Shown here: piece after piece, positions 38,765-51,690 of the stretch
How the letters are laid out: every line of letters starts with the position of its first letter
Position numbering within the stretch: position 1 is the first letter of the stretch
Origin: Octopus bimaculoides
Lineage: Eukaryota
DNA: 60,398 bases
Assembly (NCBI RefSeq): GCF_001194135.2
Contig: NC_068984.1
Span: 133,144,000 to 133,204,397 of the forward strand
Reading direction: 5' to 3'
Made by a program: the position numbers and the translations under genes
Notes under the pieces: model-generated
Told to the model about the DNA's origin: nothing
The model's input: the letters and a program-made list of their open reading frames with translations, nothing else
The model's database searches: none

Positions 38765-39275
38765 TGGAGTTGCTGTGTGGCAAGTAGCTTGCTTACCAAC
38801 GACATGGTTCCGGGTTCATTCCCACTGCGTGGCACCTTGGGCAAGTGTCTTCTACTATAGCCTTGGGCTGACCAAAGCCTTGTGAGTGGATTTGGTAGAC
38901 AGAAACTGAAGGAAGTATATATGTATATGTGTATATATATANNNNNNNNNNNNNNNNNNNNNNNNNNNNNNNNNNNNNNNNNNNNNNNNNNNNNNNNNNN
39001 NNNNNNNNNNNNNNNNNNNNNNNNNNNNNNNNNNNNNNNNNNNNNNNNNNNNNNNNNNNNNNNNNNNNNNNNNNNNNNNNNNNNNNNNNNNNNNNNNNNN
39101 NNNNNNNNNNNNNNNNNNNNNNNNNNNNNNNNNNNNNNNNNNNNNNNNNNNNNNNNNNNNNNNNNNNNNNNNNNNNNNNNNNNNNNNNNNNNNNNNNNNT
39201 TGCTCGACTAAAGGCAGTGCTCCAGCATGGCCGCAGTCAAATGGCTGAAACAAGTAAAAAGAGTAAAAAAAAAAG
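38765..39275 (+). mobile_element. SINE family B spanning a gap
   Basis: Head before the N-run and the end of tail 1 after it. Confidence 0.85.
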
Positions 39276-39304
39276 AGAGTATATATGTGTGTGTGTGTGT
39301 GTAT

Positions 39305-39337
<33 letters not shown>

Positions 39338-39598
39338 TATATATGTATATATAATTGTTAAACAGGACAGCAAACATAAAGGCATGGTAAACATCTCATA
39401 TATTATGACTTGAGATGTTTGCCTTGCTTTAATGTCTGCTGTCCTGTTTAACAATTATATATCCACTGCATTGGAAATCTACAATAGCTCCATAACTACT
39501 GAATCGGCTATAAGCTTGGAGCCCCAGTAATCCATTCCAGCACTTACCTAGCGTACCTAATCATTTAGATCACCTATGAACTAAACCCCCATATTTTG

Positions 39599-39634
<36 letters not shown>

Positions 39635-41503
39635 TATATATATATATATATAAATATATATATATATTTCCTTAAAGATTTTTAACTAGTGTTGCTATTG
39701 TTTTCAAAAGATGCAACTGATAGTATCTGTTTATAGCCCTTGAGCCAAAGGTATTCAGATTATCTTCTCAAATGAAGTATTTATTCACATTGTTTTGAAT
39801 CGTACATTTAATCGTACATTATCTCAAGATTTTGATGATGTGATTGTTTATTTTTAGAATGATTTAGTAGGATAGGTGTGAGAAGAGACCAGATCTGGCT
39901 GGTTTTGAACATAAAACAGGCAGAATATTTGGGCTGGATATGGTTGGATTAAATGCTAAAGGGTTAAGTGTCTTGCATGCAGCACATTTCCAATGACAGG
40001 AAAGGAAATTAATCAGCAATTTAGATGGTAGGACTAAATTCAGCAATTCAGATGGATTGGATTAAATCTCAGTAACTTGACCAGTTGTGATTCTCCTCTT
40101 CTACTTTGAGACCATTGTGCTCACCAATATTTATGTTGTAACATTGAACAGTTTGCTCATATATATTGTGCTGTCCTTCAAATCTTCCACATCATGTTCC
40201 TTCTTATTTCATTCTTTGCCCCTGTATCTCTGTAACGTTCTTGCCCTACCTTCAGTGAAACCACCTTCCCTTCATCCTGTAAAAATTTGATGAAATAAAT
40301 TTGTTTAATTTAGGTTTCTATTTATCTTTTTTTTATATTATACTCAAAAAATTTTAAGAGTAAACTCATGACAATTGCTTGTTACAATTGTTTTCGTAAC
40401 AAGGTTTAGAAAGTATGAATTACTTGGCAATTTTCTTTTATTTTATGGAAAGAGAAGCACCAAAACAATCAGAGTATCATAAATTCCTACAGGAATTTAT
40501 GATACTCTTACAGCCACTAGTAGCTAGTGGGTGCCAAAGACAAAATTGTTAATAATAATCTCATATGTTGTTTGTCCAAGACAATGCTTGCTTATAACAC
40601 TAGGATTTAATGAGTTAAACATTTGCTGTTTTTGCTGGTCGGCCCAGCTATTGATAAAAAGAAGTTCATGATGTTCTACCAGAGATTTGATTGGTCTGTT
40701 CTTTACTGATGTCATCAACCCTTGACATAAATCCTGTTTGTGCTGTTAAGTTATTTTTACATCTGAACACAGTGATTCAAGTTTGATTCCTAGACAATGA
40801 GTTGGTGCTTATGTCTAAAAACTCATGTTAATAAAATGGTAAAACGAATGTTGAATCCACATAGACGAAGAAATAAGGTGATAATTTATGTTCTGGGTAT
40901 GCTTCTGAAATGTTAGGCTTCCATTATGTGTTAATATAAAACATTTGTCCCCATGACAGGGATGAAATTAGAAACTTCAAAACATTCCTTATGCAAAAAT
41001 ATATTTATATGTTTTCAAAATCATTAGTCTTACTGTAGAATGAAACTTTGAGATCATTCATATATCTATGACTTTTGGCAGCACAGTGCAAATATCATAA
41101 TGACTAAACATTTTAATCACTCATCAGATTTTTTTAACTCTGTCAACATCTTCAGTATTAAAAGCTTATAATCATGTAACAGAATGCATATTGACTTTAT
41201 AGTTTAATAGTCATTGAAATATTGTACAAACATGTAAAAAATTTAAAACTCAATAAAGCAATATACATACACATATATGCACACACACACACACATATGC
41301 ATTAAAACATAGCATTTGTGTGAAATAAATTTATGTCAAGTTCTCAGCAGAATAACAATTAATTGGCCAGTTCAGGCACAGAATTGTCAACCAGATGAAT
41401 TTTAATTTTTAACTTTGAGGAATTTGGTAGCTTTCATATACTTTTAGGCCAACTCTGGCTTGAAGACTTGGAAATTTTATATGTTGTTGCGTCAAAGAAT
41501 ATA

Positions 41504-41721
41504 TGAGGGGGTGCTGAAAAGTTCCTGGTTTTAAGGGTATTATAAAAGGCTTAGTTGGAGACCCAACCTCCTGAGTTCTTTTACAGGGCTTAGAAAAACA
41601 GTAGGACCACTGCAATAAGTGTGTGAATCTGAGAAGGGAATATATTGAATAAAATCGTAATTAACTGATCCTCCTGTATTTTCTTTTTACCTGAAGCCAG
41701 GAACTTTTCAGTACCGCCTTG
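41504..41721 (+). mobile_element. Mariner-derived MITE
   Basis: TIRs TGAGGGGGTGCTGAAAAGTTCCTGG / CCAGGAACTTTTCAGTACCGCCTTG with TA on both sides. Internal DHCNKCVNLRREYIE* is a mariner C-terminus. Confidence 0.88.
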
Positions 41722-42959
41722 TACATGTATATTTTATAGGGAAATCTCAAATGAAAGTTGGTTATACATCAGGCATTAATTCTAATACAAACTTTTCTCT
41801 TATTTCAACCCCCATTCTAATTACTCCAATAAAACTTTATAAATCATAGCTACACACTGCTGTATAACCTTTCCTGCTGCATAACCTTGGCTATTCCTGT
41901 TCAGCAATACTGACAACTACTGTAGTTACATCAACCACAAGCCTAAATGCGAAAATGTTTTTCAAATATGGGCCACATTAATATAGATAATTGAAGAAAC
42001 TGTTTAAACAGTTAACACCTGGGTGTGTCTGTGTTGATACAAAAACGATCATGCTTATTTTTTTCAGCTATGCTTAATGAGTAAGACTGGCTAGATAATA
42101 ATAGGGTTCAAGCAGCAAACTGCAGTTTAGTGTTTCTTTCAATTATAGCTGTACTAAAGTCAGAGCTTTTGAAAAGAAGAATAAATGCAGCAGAGGCTTA
42201 AGGTATTTAGAAGTAATTTCCATTTCATTTAAAATCCTTCTCTATATGTCTTATATCATTTAGCAATTAATGTAGGTCTAAATTTAAAGTTTATTGGATA
42301 TTGCTTCTATTCAATACTAATAATATTGCTTTAGATTTTAGATTCTGTGGTCGACTGGACAAGATTGTCATCACTATTAGCTGGCATATTGACATTGGTG
42401 ATGAGTATTGATTGACCACAGAGAAAGATGTTAGTTTTCAGCTGTGAAACTTATATCCTGACAAGCAGTTAACTTCCTGCAATTTAAATTGTAAACACTT
42501 GTATGACAGTATGCAAATATTTTAATCCTATTGAACATACACTTACTGGAATCTTGTGCAAATATACAATGGCCAGGTTTTGTATCACTGTAAATGCACT
42601 CAACATTGGCATCATAATATACGTCAGTTCTGATCAGATAACAAGTGCAACAGTTTTTAATTATTACATCAGAATGTGACCTAAGATTGCATGACATTCA
42701 AACCTTTTTATGGGTATTATTAGGGCGCATGAAGTGAAATGCCTATAACAGGAAATTGAAACCATGTTTCACACAAAGCCTGCCTCTACATTAAAGTACT
42801 TGCTGTAGGTTTTCTAATATTGATTTTTCACAGGTTCAGTCTTACAGATACACAAGATGAAATGAGATAATAAAATGTGAGCAAAGTAAAAGCACCTGAA
42901 TTACAAACTGAAACTAGTTTGAGATTCATCTTACTGGGAACTTAACTCTAGTCTAAACT

Positions 42960-43830
42960 ACCAATGCTTTTTGAACAGTTTCAGTCTAGTGAAAGAGACT
43001 GTAATCCTGATCTCCATCATAGGTCTTTTGAGGCTAGTGAGATTTATACAGAGCTTAGCTGCAAGAAAAACACGGATAGGAAGGTAATTCCAGTGAGTTG
43101 ACATTCTGGAGAGAAAAGATTAGTAAGGTTGGACTTTGTGAGAGAGCAGACATGGAATGAGTGACGAAATGAGGAGGAATGGGTAGAAGTAGTTTGCAGA
43201 TAGCTATCTCAGTTGAGCAATATGAGCAAACAGTGTGTCTGTGGATTAGAGGTTGAAGTGTGTGTTTGTTTGTTAGACTTTTCCCGATGGTTCTCTTTTG
43301 GATGCAGTCTATGATTTGTGTATATATATGTCTAGCAACAACACCATTCTAGAAGAGAGAACAGTATTGCATTGCACGTTTTCCCTTTGAGAGTCAGCCG
43401 CTGTTTGGAACTGAAGTATTTTCTGGTATTGAAGAGGAGGGCTAGAAAAGATTATCAATACCACCTAGTATTGTTAGAGACTTTGAAGATTTTGTATGTC
43501 ATCCAAGACTAGAGATAATGAAAGTATAAGAATGTTGCCCTGCTTTGTGCAGATGGTGTCTTTGTTTCTTTGTTTTGTTGAATGAAATAAGATTGTCACA
43601 TCCCAATGGAAAATCATTTCAAAGTCTCAGCTTATGGAGACAGTGCAGGTTTGAAGAAAGTGTTGATGTGACATGTTGATGATTTCTGTATTTTGAAGCT
43701 TAAGAAGGTATGAAAGAGCAGTATCAGCTGCACAGAAATGAGAGTTATTAGAGATAACAGCCAGTAGGTCAAGGTCATTAATGTAGAGAAGGGAGAATGT
43801 AGACAACACAACTGAATTTTGTGGTACATT
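42960..43830 (-). mobile_element. Decayed CR1-group LINE, RT and 3' part
   Basis: VPQNSVVLSTFSLLYINDL...HFCAADTAL matches GVPQGSVLSPTLFLLYINDL...ADD. DCIQKRTI...LQPLIHR lies downstream. Confidence 0.8.
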
Positions 43831-46407
43831 AAAACTGGAGGCTAGGTCAGATTTAATTGCTAAAAATATGTTATTTTCTTTGGCACAAGCAAATACAAAA
43901 ACCCTGTCTTTAGTTATGGGACATGCTTGTTTGCATTAAATATGCTTACACTAACTCATCGATTATATTTCATATGAATATCATCGTTGAACAATTTACT
44001 CTCCAAACAGTTGTAGTTTTCTAAACCAACCAATGCACATTCTTGTACATTTACTTAATGATCCACCTATTACTACTTCAAGCACAGTGGAGTCTAGGTT
44101 CAACCAATGTGGCTACAAGAAAGAACAAGTTGGGAATTGTCTCTTGGATAATAAAAATATTATTTAATAACCATTCTTTTCTTTCTCTTCATAATGCAAA
44201 TTATTTCTAGTTGGTTTCTTAATACTCCTTGCATTAAATGTGTTAATACTAACTTAACTAAAAATAATAATATGAATAAATTAAGAACAATGAATTTTTG
44301 CTTCCTAGATATCTTTTATGCAAAAGATTTCTATTCTAGAATTGAGAACCTTCTTAGATTAACTGGCAGAGTGGAATCATTTCATCAGATTTTTCAATAT
44401 TCAATTAATGGAGAAATATCTTGTTGAAAAAATCTTATCTGAAAAGACCATAAATATTTTTTAATTCTAAATTGTCTATTCTGCCAAATGAATTAAACCG
44501 TTATCTTTTAATATCTCCTTTTGTTTGGAACAGCAGTAAATTATGTTTCCCAATTTAATTTCATAAAATAACTACAAAATAATCAGTAAAAATGATGTCC
44601 TTCACACTGAAATTCTTTTTAAATATAGAATCTTTTATATTCTATTAAGAGAAACTTTAGTTTGTCTCTCCTCTTTGTCTTCTACTTGCTGTGCTATAAA
44701 TAATAACCTATTCTGCTTCTTAGAATAATATTTGTTTTATCACATTCTTTCTACTCGTTGATTTCTTGAGTATTCTAAATCTCTAGATTACTGCATGACT
44801 GCATCTCTTATAACACTGATAAAATATAATCTTCCAACATGTGTTAGATCTAAGAAAACTCAACATGTAAAACAATGTTTTTTGTATTTTTCTATCTTGA
44901 CATTTAGAAAGGAAACTAAAAGTTCTCATTTCACACATTCTTTTAAATGGAAAATTCCACCTAATACTTCAGCTTTTGTAAACACAGAAAACATTGATAT
45001 TATATTTATTTGCTTTATATTGCATAAAGGTTATATCATTCATATCTCCAGACAAACATCTCGAAGAATATCATCTCAGAAAAATTGTTTATGATTTCAG
45101 AACTTCCACTATCTTTGGGTTTTAAACAACATTTGTTAAGCAATCTCCAGCATTTACCCTACTATTACATAGTACAACTTAACTGTAGATTCTCTCAATA
45201 ATTCCCATCACAAATGCTATTCAATATGTTTAGTTTAAGAGATACTATACTTCAGATTTTGTAATTGTTTACATCAGTCACCTGTAGAAAATATACATTC
45301 AACCAAAAGATGAAAGGAGGAACAATCTTTAAGATTATATTATAAGCAGGAGGTTGAGAAGAAATATTCTTTTTCTGTTTGTTGCCAAAGTAATTTGGCT
45401 GTGACAAGATTGATCATCAAGTGAAAATCAATATCTCATTAAAAAAAAACACAATGTTATTCAATATAGAAATGAAACACAGTATTCTACAATGTTTAAT
45501 GATATCATCATCATCATCATCCTCCTCATCATCATCATCACCATTATCATCATCATCATCATCATCATCATTTAACGTCCATTGTCCATGCTAGCATGGG
45601 TTGAATGGTTTGACCAGGGCATGCCAGCTGGAAGGCTGCACCAGATTTCAGTCTGATTTGGCATGGTATCTGTGGCTGGATGCCCTTCCTAACGCCAACC
45701 ACTCCAAGAGTATAATGGGTGCTTTTACGTGCCACCAGTATCTGTCACAGCTATGGTTTTACTTGGTTTGATGGGTCTTCTCAAGCATGGCATAATGTCA
45801 AAGGTCTCGGTCATTCATTATTGCCTCCATGAGGCCCAACACTTGAAAGGTGCTTTTTTTGTGACACTGGCATTGGCTATCTTGTCTCTGTGAGGCCCAA
45901 CACTTGAAAGGTGCTTTTTACATGCCACCCGCATGTAAAAAGATTATTTAGTCACACATTTGTACATTCTGAGTCCAAGTCCTGCTGAGTTAATTATTCA
46001 ACCTTCTGAAAACAAGTGAAATATTAGATTATATTGAACTAACTACATCCATCTTCTTCCCCTCCACTCCAATTAGTTTCTCTGTGCCAATGTAAGATAA
46101 GAAATTGTTATTAAAAACAATTTATATCTGAAGTTGTCTGTTTGACAGGTCAGAATCGTAAGTCATAACCAGTAATGGGAATTGACCAGAATATTTTAGT
46201 TCTAATAATGCTTATGTTGTTGTTGATAATGTGGCTAACTGGCAAAGACTGGCGTATTGTTGTTAATTTATTAGTGTCGGTGTCATTAATACTTATTTTA
46301 TCAATTAGCACAAGACCACAATTTATTCTTTATTTTTACCATTTTTTAAAAAGATTTTGGTGAAGTTCAATAAATTTGATTCCTTTATCTGATGGGAAAT
46401 TATTTTA

Positions 46408-46620
46408 TTAGGTTGTCAAGAAAGTTCTTGTGGTTTTTAACCTTTAAATTCAGATGCACATATCTCGGCTCAAACAAAACTTTATTTATCGAAATAAACA
46501 CCATCAGATTCAATACACTTTTGCCAATGCAAAACAAGTTTATTTATGCCAGTAGCATAAAAATCCTGCATTCTGGTGGTGATGAAGTCGTTGAAGGCAT
46601 GTTTGGCATCGTCTTGGTTT
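46408..46620 (-). mobile_element. Mariner 3' fragment (Hsmar1/SETMAR-like C-terminus)
   Basis: QDDAKHAFNDFITTRMQDFYATGINKLVLHWQKCIESDGVYFDK*, followed by a TIR ending ...CAACCTAA|TA. Confidence 0.88.
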
Positions 46621-46627
46621 TTATAAT

Positions 46628-46673
<46 letters not shown>

Positions 46674-46726
46674 AAAGACAACAAAAGAAAAAGACCTCGA
46701 TATTATGTAAATAGAGGATTTTATCT

Positions 46727-46811
46727 GTAAAAATATGTGACACTTATTCGGTAGCCATGATAAAACTCGGAGTTTTATCATGGCTACCGAATAAGTGTCA
46801 CATATTTTTAC
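46727..46811. repeat. 85-bp perfect palindrome (42-bp arms, 1-nt centre)
   Basis: GTAAAAATATGTGACACTTATTCGGTAGCCATGATAAAACTC-G-GAGTTTTATCATGGCTACCGAATAAGTGTCACATATTTTTAC. Confidence 0.97.
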
Positions 46812-48224
46812 TGATATATATATATATGACAGGCTTCTTTCAATTTTTGTCTTCCAAATCCACTCCCAAGCCTTTGATCAGTACAAGGCTATAGTAGAAG
46901 ACACTTGCCCAAGGTGCCACGCAGTTGGATTGAACCTGAAACCATATGGCTGGGGAGCAAACTTTTTAACACACAGCTGTGCTTAGGCCTATGTGTTTCA
47001 TAGTTAATTGCTTTATCGACCCAAGAAGCATGAAGGGCAAAGTCAGTCTTGTTGGGATTTGAACTCAAAGCACACAAATGTTAACAGTGACAGCCATTGC
47101 TCATTACACAGATGTACTTGTAGCACATTTGTGATCTTTAGAATATTTTACAAACTTTTGTTTTTGTGATGTGGGGTTGTAGTGTTTGGTTGAGTGAATA
47201 CAAAACTTGATAACTTCTCAGTTGCACTGAATAAGACAGTTTAACTTCTGATACCTTGTTTACCTGATGACAGAGCATGTAAAGAGCAAGCGAGAAAATG
47301 ACTCTGTAACGATGAGAAGGTGAAGAGAGTGGGTGATTAACTAAACATTGATGAATTGGTTAATAGCCTGCAGTACTGAGATCAAACTTTTCACGTACAG
47401 ATAAGTAAATGGTAGAGATTGGAAAAAGAAATAGATAGCAGTAATAGTATTTTATGGTATTATATGTCTCTGGTATTAATAGTTCTTAGTGCATCTCATC
47501 CAATATATTCAACCATCAATAAATTAAGTACCTCAGTTTATGCCCCATTATTTACTTGATTGATTACTTACTTCATAAGACCCATTGGTTGTTTAGAGAC
47601 TACCAAACCAGTGTGTATAGATTTATACTTTCTTATTGATGATTACTAACCAAAATGAATCTTTTCCCTCAAGTAAAGTTGCTCTTTCAGTAAATTGTTT
47701 CGATAACAAGTACATGACCCAGCTCCAATCGACATATCGTAAAACGAGAAGGCTATGGGTTATATAGAAAAGCAAACATGACCATCATCATCATCACCAC
47801 CACCACCACCATCATCATCATCATTGTTGCTTTAATATCCACTTTTCCATCCTTGCATGGGTCAGATGGAATTTGTTGAGACAATTTTTCTACAGCAAGA
47901 TGCTCTTTCTGTCACCAACCCTTTCACCTGTTTCCACGCAAGGTAAATATTTCCCAATGGCCAGACATGATATTTTTGACAGATGACTGGAAATGAATAA
48001 CACTGCTAGTATGATGATGATGCTCGTTTACGTTCATCATGTGATACCAAGGCTCTTCCTATCGGGTTGATGACTACATAGACTCTTCCTCTTTGGTTTA
48101 TTGTTAATGTTATTATTACTGTTATTGCTATTATAGAGCATGTTATGGATGCTATGTCAGTAAAAGTAACTGAAACAACAAACCAGGTCAATCCAGATCA
48201 TCAATATTGTTTTGGTTCTTTTAA

Positions 48225-48630
48225 GATCAAAGTCAGCCCCCTACAAAGCAGTGTTCCACATTTTAGCCACCTTTGGGGCCACTAAGATTGTTGTACTGAC
48301 TGTGTCCACAAAGGCTTTTAACATGAACCTCCACTATAGTCAGTAAGTGTACGAGTGCTTCTACTTGCTTGCAGAAGAAGTTAGAGAGGCAGTAACTTCT
48401 CTTTGATTATTTCCCTGGCTGCTGTTGCTGATGATATCTCCTGCCCATTTGCACTGGTGGCAAATTGGTTTGGGCTTTGGCTCCCTGCAGTCCCTCACCA
48501 TGTACAGACCTAGACACCTGAAACACTGGCCTTTAAATGGTCGTGACTGCACCATGAAGGCTCTTCTCTCCTTGTTTTTCATTGATCGCCACCTGATGCT
48601 GTAGGAGTCTTGTTGGTCATTCAGTCATAG
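48225..48630 (-). mobile_element. Ty3/gypsy-like gag-protease remnant
   Basis: Two decayed zinc knuckles (CFRCLGLYMVRDC; CHQCKWAGDIISNS), followed in another frame by KAFVDTVSTTILV, an aspartic-protease DTG-like motif. Confidence 0.75.
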
Positions 48631-48634
48631 CGTA

Positions 48635-48862
48635 TCTAGGACTATATTGTCCATGTACCAGGACAAATACCCACCAAGGACAATTACCTCCCCCCAATGA
48701 CAACTACCCCCTAGGACAATTAAGCCCCTTGGTTAACTACCCCCTCTCCAATATATTAAGTTTTAAATCATCATTTGTTGCCCTCAGGGGCAATTGTCCT
48801 TGGGTGTAGGGGTTATTGTCCATGAAGGGTAAATATCCTAGACTCATTGTCCAAAGTGACAT
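48635..48862. mobile_element. Foldback/MITE-like element with inverted arrays of a short motif
   Basis: GGACAATTACC-like motif about 4 times on the left and its complement (GGGGCAATTGTCC, GGGGTTATTGTCC) about 3 times on the right. Confidence 0.55.
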
Positions 48863-49872
48863 TCCTTTTTTGAAAAAAAAAATAGCAGTGCACAATTTGA
48901 GAGACATTTGGTTGTTATTTCTAGCAGGCCAATTACCCACATAGAAACTCCCTTCTACCTTGTCTGACTTGTTTGCTCAAAGGGCTCCCTAATTCTACCA
49001 TCACATATACATAAGAAATATACATTTAATTAACAACCTAAATGACTCAGCCTTGTTATTAGTTTATGATTTTCCAATTAGTTATTTTATTCTTTTTATT
49101 TTTTTTTTATTATCATTAAGAAGTAAATGGAAGTAAAAATAAAAATATAAATGAAATAACAAATTTAAAGATCTTACCCCAAAACACGTGTAAAGTAGCT
49201 AGAAGACATCAAAGCACTACATCACTCCTTCTCTCAGGATGAAGTAGCATATCCCTCTTTTATACCAATTCTTCATTATAAAACTACAGCTCACTGAATT
49301 ACTTGGAGGCAAAAACTCTGGCTTCAAAACAGAAACTAGCAACCATCTAAACATCTTAATTTTCCATTAAGAAGACTTTTCAGATTCTCTAAGAAAGCTT
49401 CCAAATAGTAAACATAATTTAATGTACAAACAAACAGGAAATTTCTACTAAATTTGCTTAGTGTTTGAGATTTAAAAAAATGCAAGTGAGAAATAAAGAA
49501 TAAAGTAAAAAAAATATTCTGTGACTGAATCATCAAAATTTTAGTGCAACTGTTTAAAATGTCTTCTAGGCACACCCGAAGGTTTTTAGTTTTAATTTGT
49601 TATTTTATCTTCAATCCAATTCTTTTAATGATGAAATGTTTGTCTTATATTACCAGTGAATTTCAAATTATGCATGGGTTATAGAAATACTTTTGGAATT
49701 CTTCATAAAGATTCTTCTGGTTACAAAAAACAAACCAAAAAATAAACAAACACCAAGGTTTTGCTGAACACATGTACTTGTAGCATACCTAGCATGGTAT
49801 GATGTATTTATGAAATAAATGTGTTTGTGTGTATTATGTGTATGTTGTGATATGTATATATTTATATGAGCT

Positions 49873-49978
49873 GTACTAGCTTCAGCAGTACATATTCTAA
49901 AATTGGAACGATACATAGAAGATTAACATGGCCTCTGTGCAAGAATGACACACAAATTCATGAAGCGTTCCATATTTT
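49873..49978 (+). pseudogene. Full-length U6 snRNA pseudogene
   Basis: 106 nt, collinear with canonical U6 (GTACTAGCTTCAGCAGTAC...AAATTGGAACGATAC...GAAGCGTTCCATATTTT). About 12 substitutions against the vertebrate sequence as I recall it, including ACAGAGA to ACATAGA and the AGC triad to AAC. Confidence 0.95.
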
Positions 49979-49981
49979 CTT

Positions 49982-50038
49982 AAGGCAGCAAGCTGGCAGA
50001 AATATTAGCATGTTGGGTGAAATGCTTAGCGGTATTTA
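49982..50038 (+). mobile_element. SINE family A head fragment directly after the U6 pseudogene
   Basis: AAGGCAGCAAGCTGGCAGAAATATTAGCATGTTGGGTGAAATGCTTAGCGGTATTT. Confidence 0.8.
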
Positions 50039-50512
50039 TTGCGATGCATATGTAGTGAGCGTGCAGCAATCAAAAGCATTCAAGCATGACCATCTTGTCT
50101 CTTTCATAATTATTGATACAATAAACTCAAGGACATGTTACCTATTATGTCCTCTTTTAAAACAATAGGGTGTAATTTATAAAAGATTTGGCTACTATTT
50201 CTAGCAGGTCGAGCAGCCACATAGCAATGTGCCTTGTGATGTATGTGTGTGTATGTATAATAATGTTTGTGTGTGTATGTGTGTGTGTTGTGGAAAGGGG
50301 AAATGTAATAGAATACAAGACAGGTAAAATATTCAATCTGAGTATTGTTTTTTTGGAGGGTCTGTGAAGGCCAAGGGCACTGGTCCTTCCAAATCCTGAC
50401 TTACTTGTGAAAAGAAAGTGGGAATAGAGTCTCATCTTACTTTCTGATGTTTCTTGATAGAAGTAAGGAACCTAACAAATTACATTTGTATTCTGTTGCT
50501 CCTTTAGATATC

Positions 50513-50543
<31 letters not shown>

Positions 50544-50689
50544 ATTGTTGTTGTTGAGTCTTTGCTAGATTTGCTTGAGAGAACCTACCCCCTTCACCAT
50601 CACAATTGTCTTGAGAAGTCTTTTAATTTTGATATATAGCATTTTGGTATATATATGTGTGTGTGTGTGTGTATCTATATATTACTTCA

Positions 50690-51160
50690 CAGAGGCAATG
50701 AAAAGTGACCAGACTTTTGGAGATACACTGTGCTTGAGAAGACTTGGCAAGCCAAGTGAGATCGTAGCCATGGCCGGTGCAAGTCACTGGGGCAATATGC
50801 TGTGTTTGAGAAAACCTGTTGAGTCAAGTGAAATTGTAGTCATGGCTAATGCTAGCACTGGTGGCACGTAAAAAGCACCACTCACGTGTGGTTGATGCCT
50901 GTGCTACCTAACTGGCTCCCATACCAGTGGCACATAAAAAGCACCATTCAAGTGTGGTTGATGCCAGTACCGCCTGACTGGCCCCCATGCCAGTGACACG
51001 TAAAAAGTACCCTCTACACTCTTGGAGTGCTTGACGTTAGAAAGGGTATCCAACTGCAGAAACCTTGCCAGATCAGATTGGAGCCTGATGCAGCCTCCTG
51101 GTTTGTCAGTCCTCAGTCAAACCATCCAACCCATGCCAGCATGGAAAGCAAACATTATGA
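50690..51160 (+). mobile_element. Family C repeat, long form (others at ~6140-6340 +, 11225-11415 +, 12140-12462 +, 16350-16505 -, 20690-20965 +, 22770-22935 -, 34790-34940 -, 45505-45935 -, 52715-52830 +)
   Basis: Three ~65-bp units, the body, and the tail remnant CCATGCCAGCATGGAAAGC. Confidence 0.8.
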
Positions 51161-51354
51161 TATTCCTGTCACTGTTTAATAACTGATTGCACTATTGAAT
51201 GGCTCACCATAAATAAAATATGCTTGTGGCATATTTGGACTTGTAAGAAAACTTTCACTGTATTTACTGTACAGTAAAATCAGTGAACAGCTGTCTTACA
51301 TACATACATACATACATACGTACGAATGTATGTATGTATGTATGTATGTATGTA

Positions 51355-51690
51355 TGTCATCAATCAGTGTCATTTCTGTATTTCTTGTCAATAGAGAAAG
51401 AGCCGGACTCTAACATAGACTCAAGGCTCCTTCATTGGAACTTTTATCAACACCATCTAGGTATTTGTGCATATGTGTGTGTGTGTGCTGTATTTGGTGT
51501 GAGTGTATGTGCAGATTTGTATGTTTGTTTTATGGATGCGTTTTTATGTATATATTTTCATGTCTAGGCATATGCATATGTATTTATGCACAGATTTGTA
51601 TGTTTGTTTTATGGATGCGTTTTTATGTATATATTTTCATGTCTAGATGCATGCATATGTATTTATGTGTTAATTTTTTGGGAAGTTTTA
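51355..51690 (+). repeat. Family D interspersed repeat (second copy at ~52890-53150) with an internal 79-bp tandem duplication
   Basis: Shared AATAGAGAAAGA...AGGCTCCTTCATTGGAA. CAGATTTGTATGTTTGTTTTATGGATGCG occurs at 51512 and 51591. Confidence 0.8.

Noticed and set aside
39720-39967. piggyBac-like end (...GCTAAAGGG|TTAA)
   Set aside because: No matching left terminus was found.
42431-42697. Cys-rich minus-strand ORF with a possible internal exon (acceptor near 42640, GTAAGT donor near 42555)
   Set aside because: I recognise no homology and found no partner exons. A BLASTX or RNA-seq check would settle it.
44700-45370. Possible decayed L1/Tx1 3' region (HLLVEC motif on minus); also a possible endonuclease remnant (FLDISDHSP) near 15605
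   Set aside because: These are single short motifs among many stops, not enough to call.
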